Assembly (NCBI GenBank): GCA_963823665.1 | Contig: CAWGMQ010000008.1 | Span: 1,280,001 to 1,344,000 of the forward strand | DNA: 64,000 bases | Direction of reading: 5' to 3' | DNA from: an uncultured Planctomycetota bacterium | GTDB lineage: Bacteria; Planctomycetota; Planctomycetia; Isosphaerales; Isosphaeraceae | Shown: positions 62,819 to 64,000 of the stretch, piece after piece | Layout: each line of letters starts with the position of its first letter | Numbering within the stretch: position 1 is the first letter of the stretch | Translations under genes and position numbers: made by a program | The notes under the pieces: generated by a model | Told to the model about the DNA's origin: nothing | Seen by the model: only the letters and a program-made list of their open reading frames with translations | Database searches by the model: none

Positions 62819-63997
62819 ATGTCCTTCCTGCAATCCATCAAACTGAGCGGTCTGCTGTCCTTTCCGCCAGACTCGCCGTCGATCGAGCTTACTCCCCTCA
62901 ACGTGCTGATTGGGCCAAACGGTTCTGGGAAGTCGAATCTGATCGAAGCCATCGAGCTGCTTCATGCTACGCCCACCGCGTTTGCGGAAGCGATTCGCCA
63001 AGGCGGCGGTCCACAGGAATGGCTTTGGAAAGGAGACAAGATTCAACGTCCCGCGGACATTGAAGCGGTGACGCACGGAATAAACTCGATCCCGGACCTC
63101 CGGTATCGCATCAGCTTTGCGGCATCGGGAATGCGAACGGAGATCCTAGACGAAGCGATTGAGGAAACAGAGGCAGAAGATCCGAGTGGGGGCCCGGTTT
63201 TTTACTACAGGTTTCAGAACGGCCGACCAGCTCTCAGCGTCCGCAAGACTTCAGGGAAGTACGCCCGCCATGATCTAAAACGGGAGGAACTCGTCCCCGA
63301 CGAGTCCGTACTGTCCCAGCGCAAAGGTTCCGACGTCTATCCCGAGTTGACATGGCTTGGACAGCAATTTACGAGGATTCAGACTTTTCGCGAATGGAGC
63401 TTCGGCCGTTATTTCGCACTGCGCCAACCGCAGCCTGCCGACCTCCCGAACGATATTCTGCTGCAGGACGCACGCAATCTCGGTCTACTGCTCAACGAGC
63501 TCGAACACACCGATGCGAGCACAGAATTCAACGGCCTTTTAACCAAATTCCTACCGCGTTTCCAGCGATTCTCGACCCGCATCCAAGGTGGAACAGTACA
63601 GTTCTACCTCCATGAATCCGGACTGAAGGCTCCCGTTCCAGCCACCCGGCTTTCCGATGGCACAATCCGCTTCATGGCGATTCTGGCGCTACTGCTCTCG
63701 CCTTCACCTCCGCCACTCGTTTGTATTGAAGAGCCGGAGCTCGGTCTACATCCAGACGCGGTCGCGCTGCTGCCCGACCTGCTCATCAATGCGTCCGCAC
63801 GAATCCAGCTCATCGTGACCACGCATTCTCCCGAGTTGATCTCTGGCCTCAGCGAACACGCCGGTTCCGTTTTGATCTGTGAGCACCTCCGTGGAACTCG
63901 CGTAGAGCGCCTCGATCCCGACAAGCTGCAGCACTGGCTCGACAACTATCGGCTCGGCGAAGTTTGGCGCATCGGGGAGTTAGGAGGCAATCCGTGA
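62819..63997 (+). CDS. ABC/SMC-like AAA ATPase (AAA_21 type)
   Basis: GPNGSGKSN Walker A, LSDGT signature, IEEPELGLHP Walker B, TTHS; lower GC. Confidence 0.92.
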   Translation: MSFLQSIKLSGLLSFPPDSPSIELTPLNVLIGPNGSGKSNLIEAIELLHATPTAFAEAIRQGGGPQEWLWKGDKIQRPADIEAVTHGINSIPDLRYRISFAASGMRTEILDEAIEETEAEDPSGGPVFYYRFQNGRPALSVRKTSGKYARHDLKREELVPDESVLSQRKGSDVYPELTWLGQQFTRIQTFREWSFGRYFALRQPQPADLPNDILLQDARNLGLLLNELEHTDASTEFNGLLTKFLPRFQRFSTRIQGGTVQFYLHESGLKAPVPATRLSDGTIRFMAILALLLSPSPPPLVCIEEPELGLHPDAVALLPDLLINASARIQLIVTTHSPELISGLSEHAGSVLICEHLRGTRVERLDPDKLQHWLDNYRLGEVWRIGELGGNP

Positions 63998-64000
63998 GGC

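Overview
High-GC bacterial chromosomal DNA, almost certainly from a planctomycete and most like Isosphaeraceae. This rests on LE.R.LL extracellular signals, a DUF4058 gene, an ECF sigma/Ser-Thr kinase pair, a ThuA/SASA fusion, and LRR and TPR proteins. The window holds about 50 genes. Housekeeping or metabolic genes include kdsA, nagB, an isocitrate/isopropylmalate dehydrogenase, a DAG kinase, a GT4, an SDR and a CusAB-like efflux pair; the rest are mostly secreted or membrane hypotheticals. At least 8 genes are broken by frameshifts that look like long-read errors. The most interesting structure is a tRNA-Thr(CGT) gene (39847-39919) followed by two further copies of its 3' part, ending at 41497 and 44070. 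Both copies are preceded by the same non-tRNA 12-mer, GCGGAAAATGCT, and together they delimit two small integrase-less cargo segments, i.e. a tRNA-anchored tandem cassette array. Other notable items: a lipoprotein with an exact 47-aa-period Cys/His-rich repeat, a sulfatase-fold protein with Thr at the nucleophile position, a probably inactive transglutaminase-fold protein, an orphan AbiEi antitoxin, a duplicated gene tail bracketing 3.3 kb, and GTAG-type REP elements. All calls come from reading motifs by eye; no searches were run.
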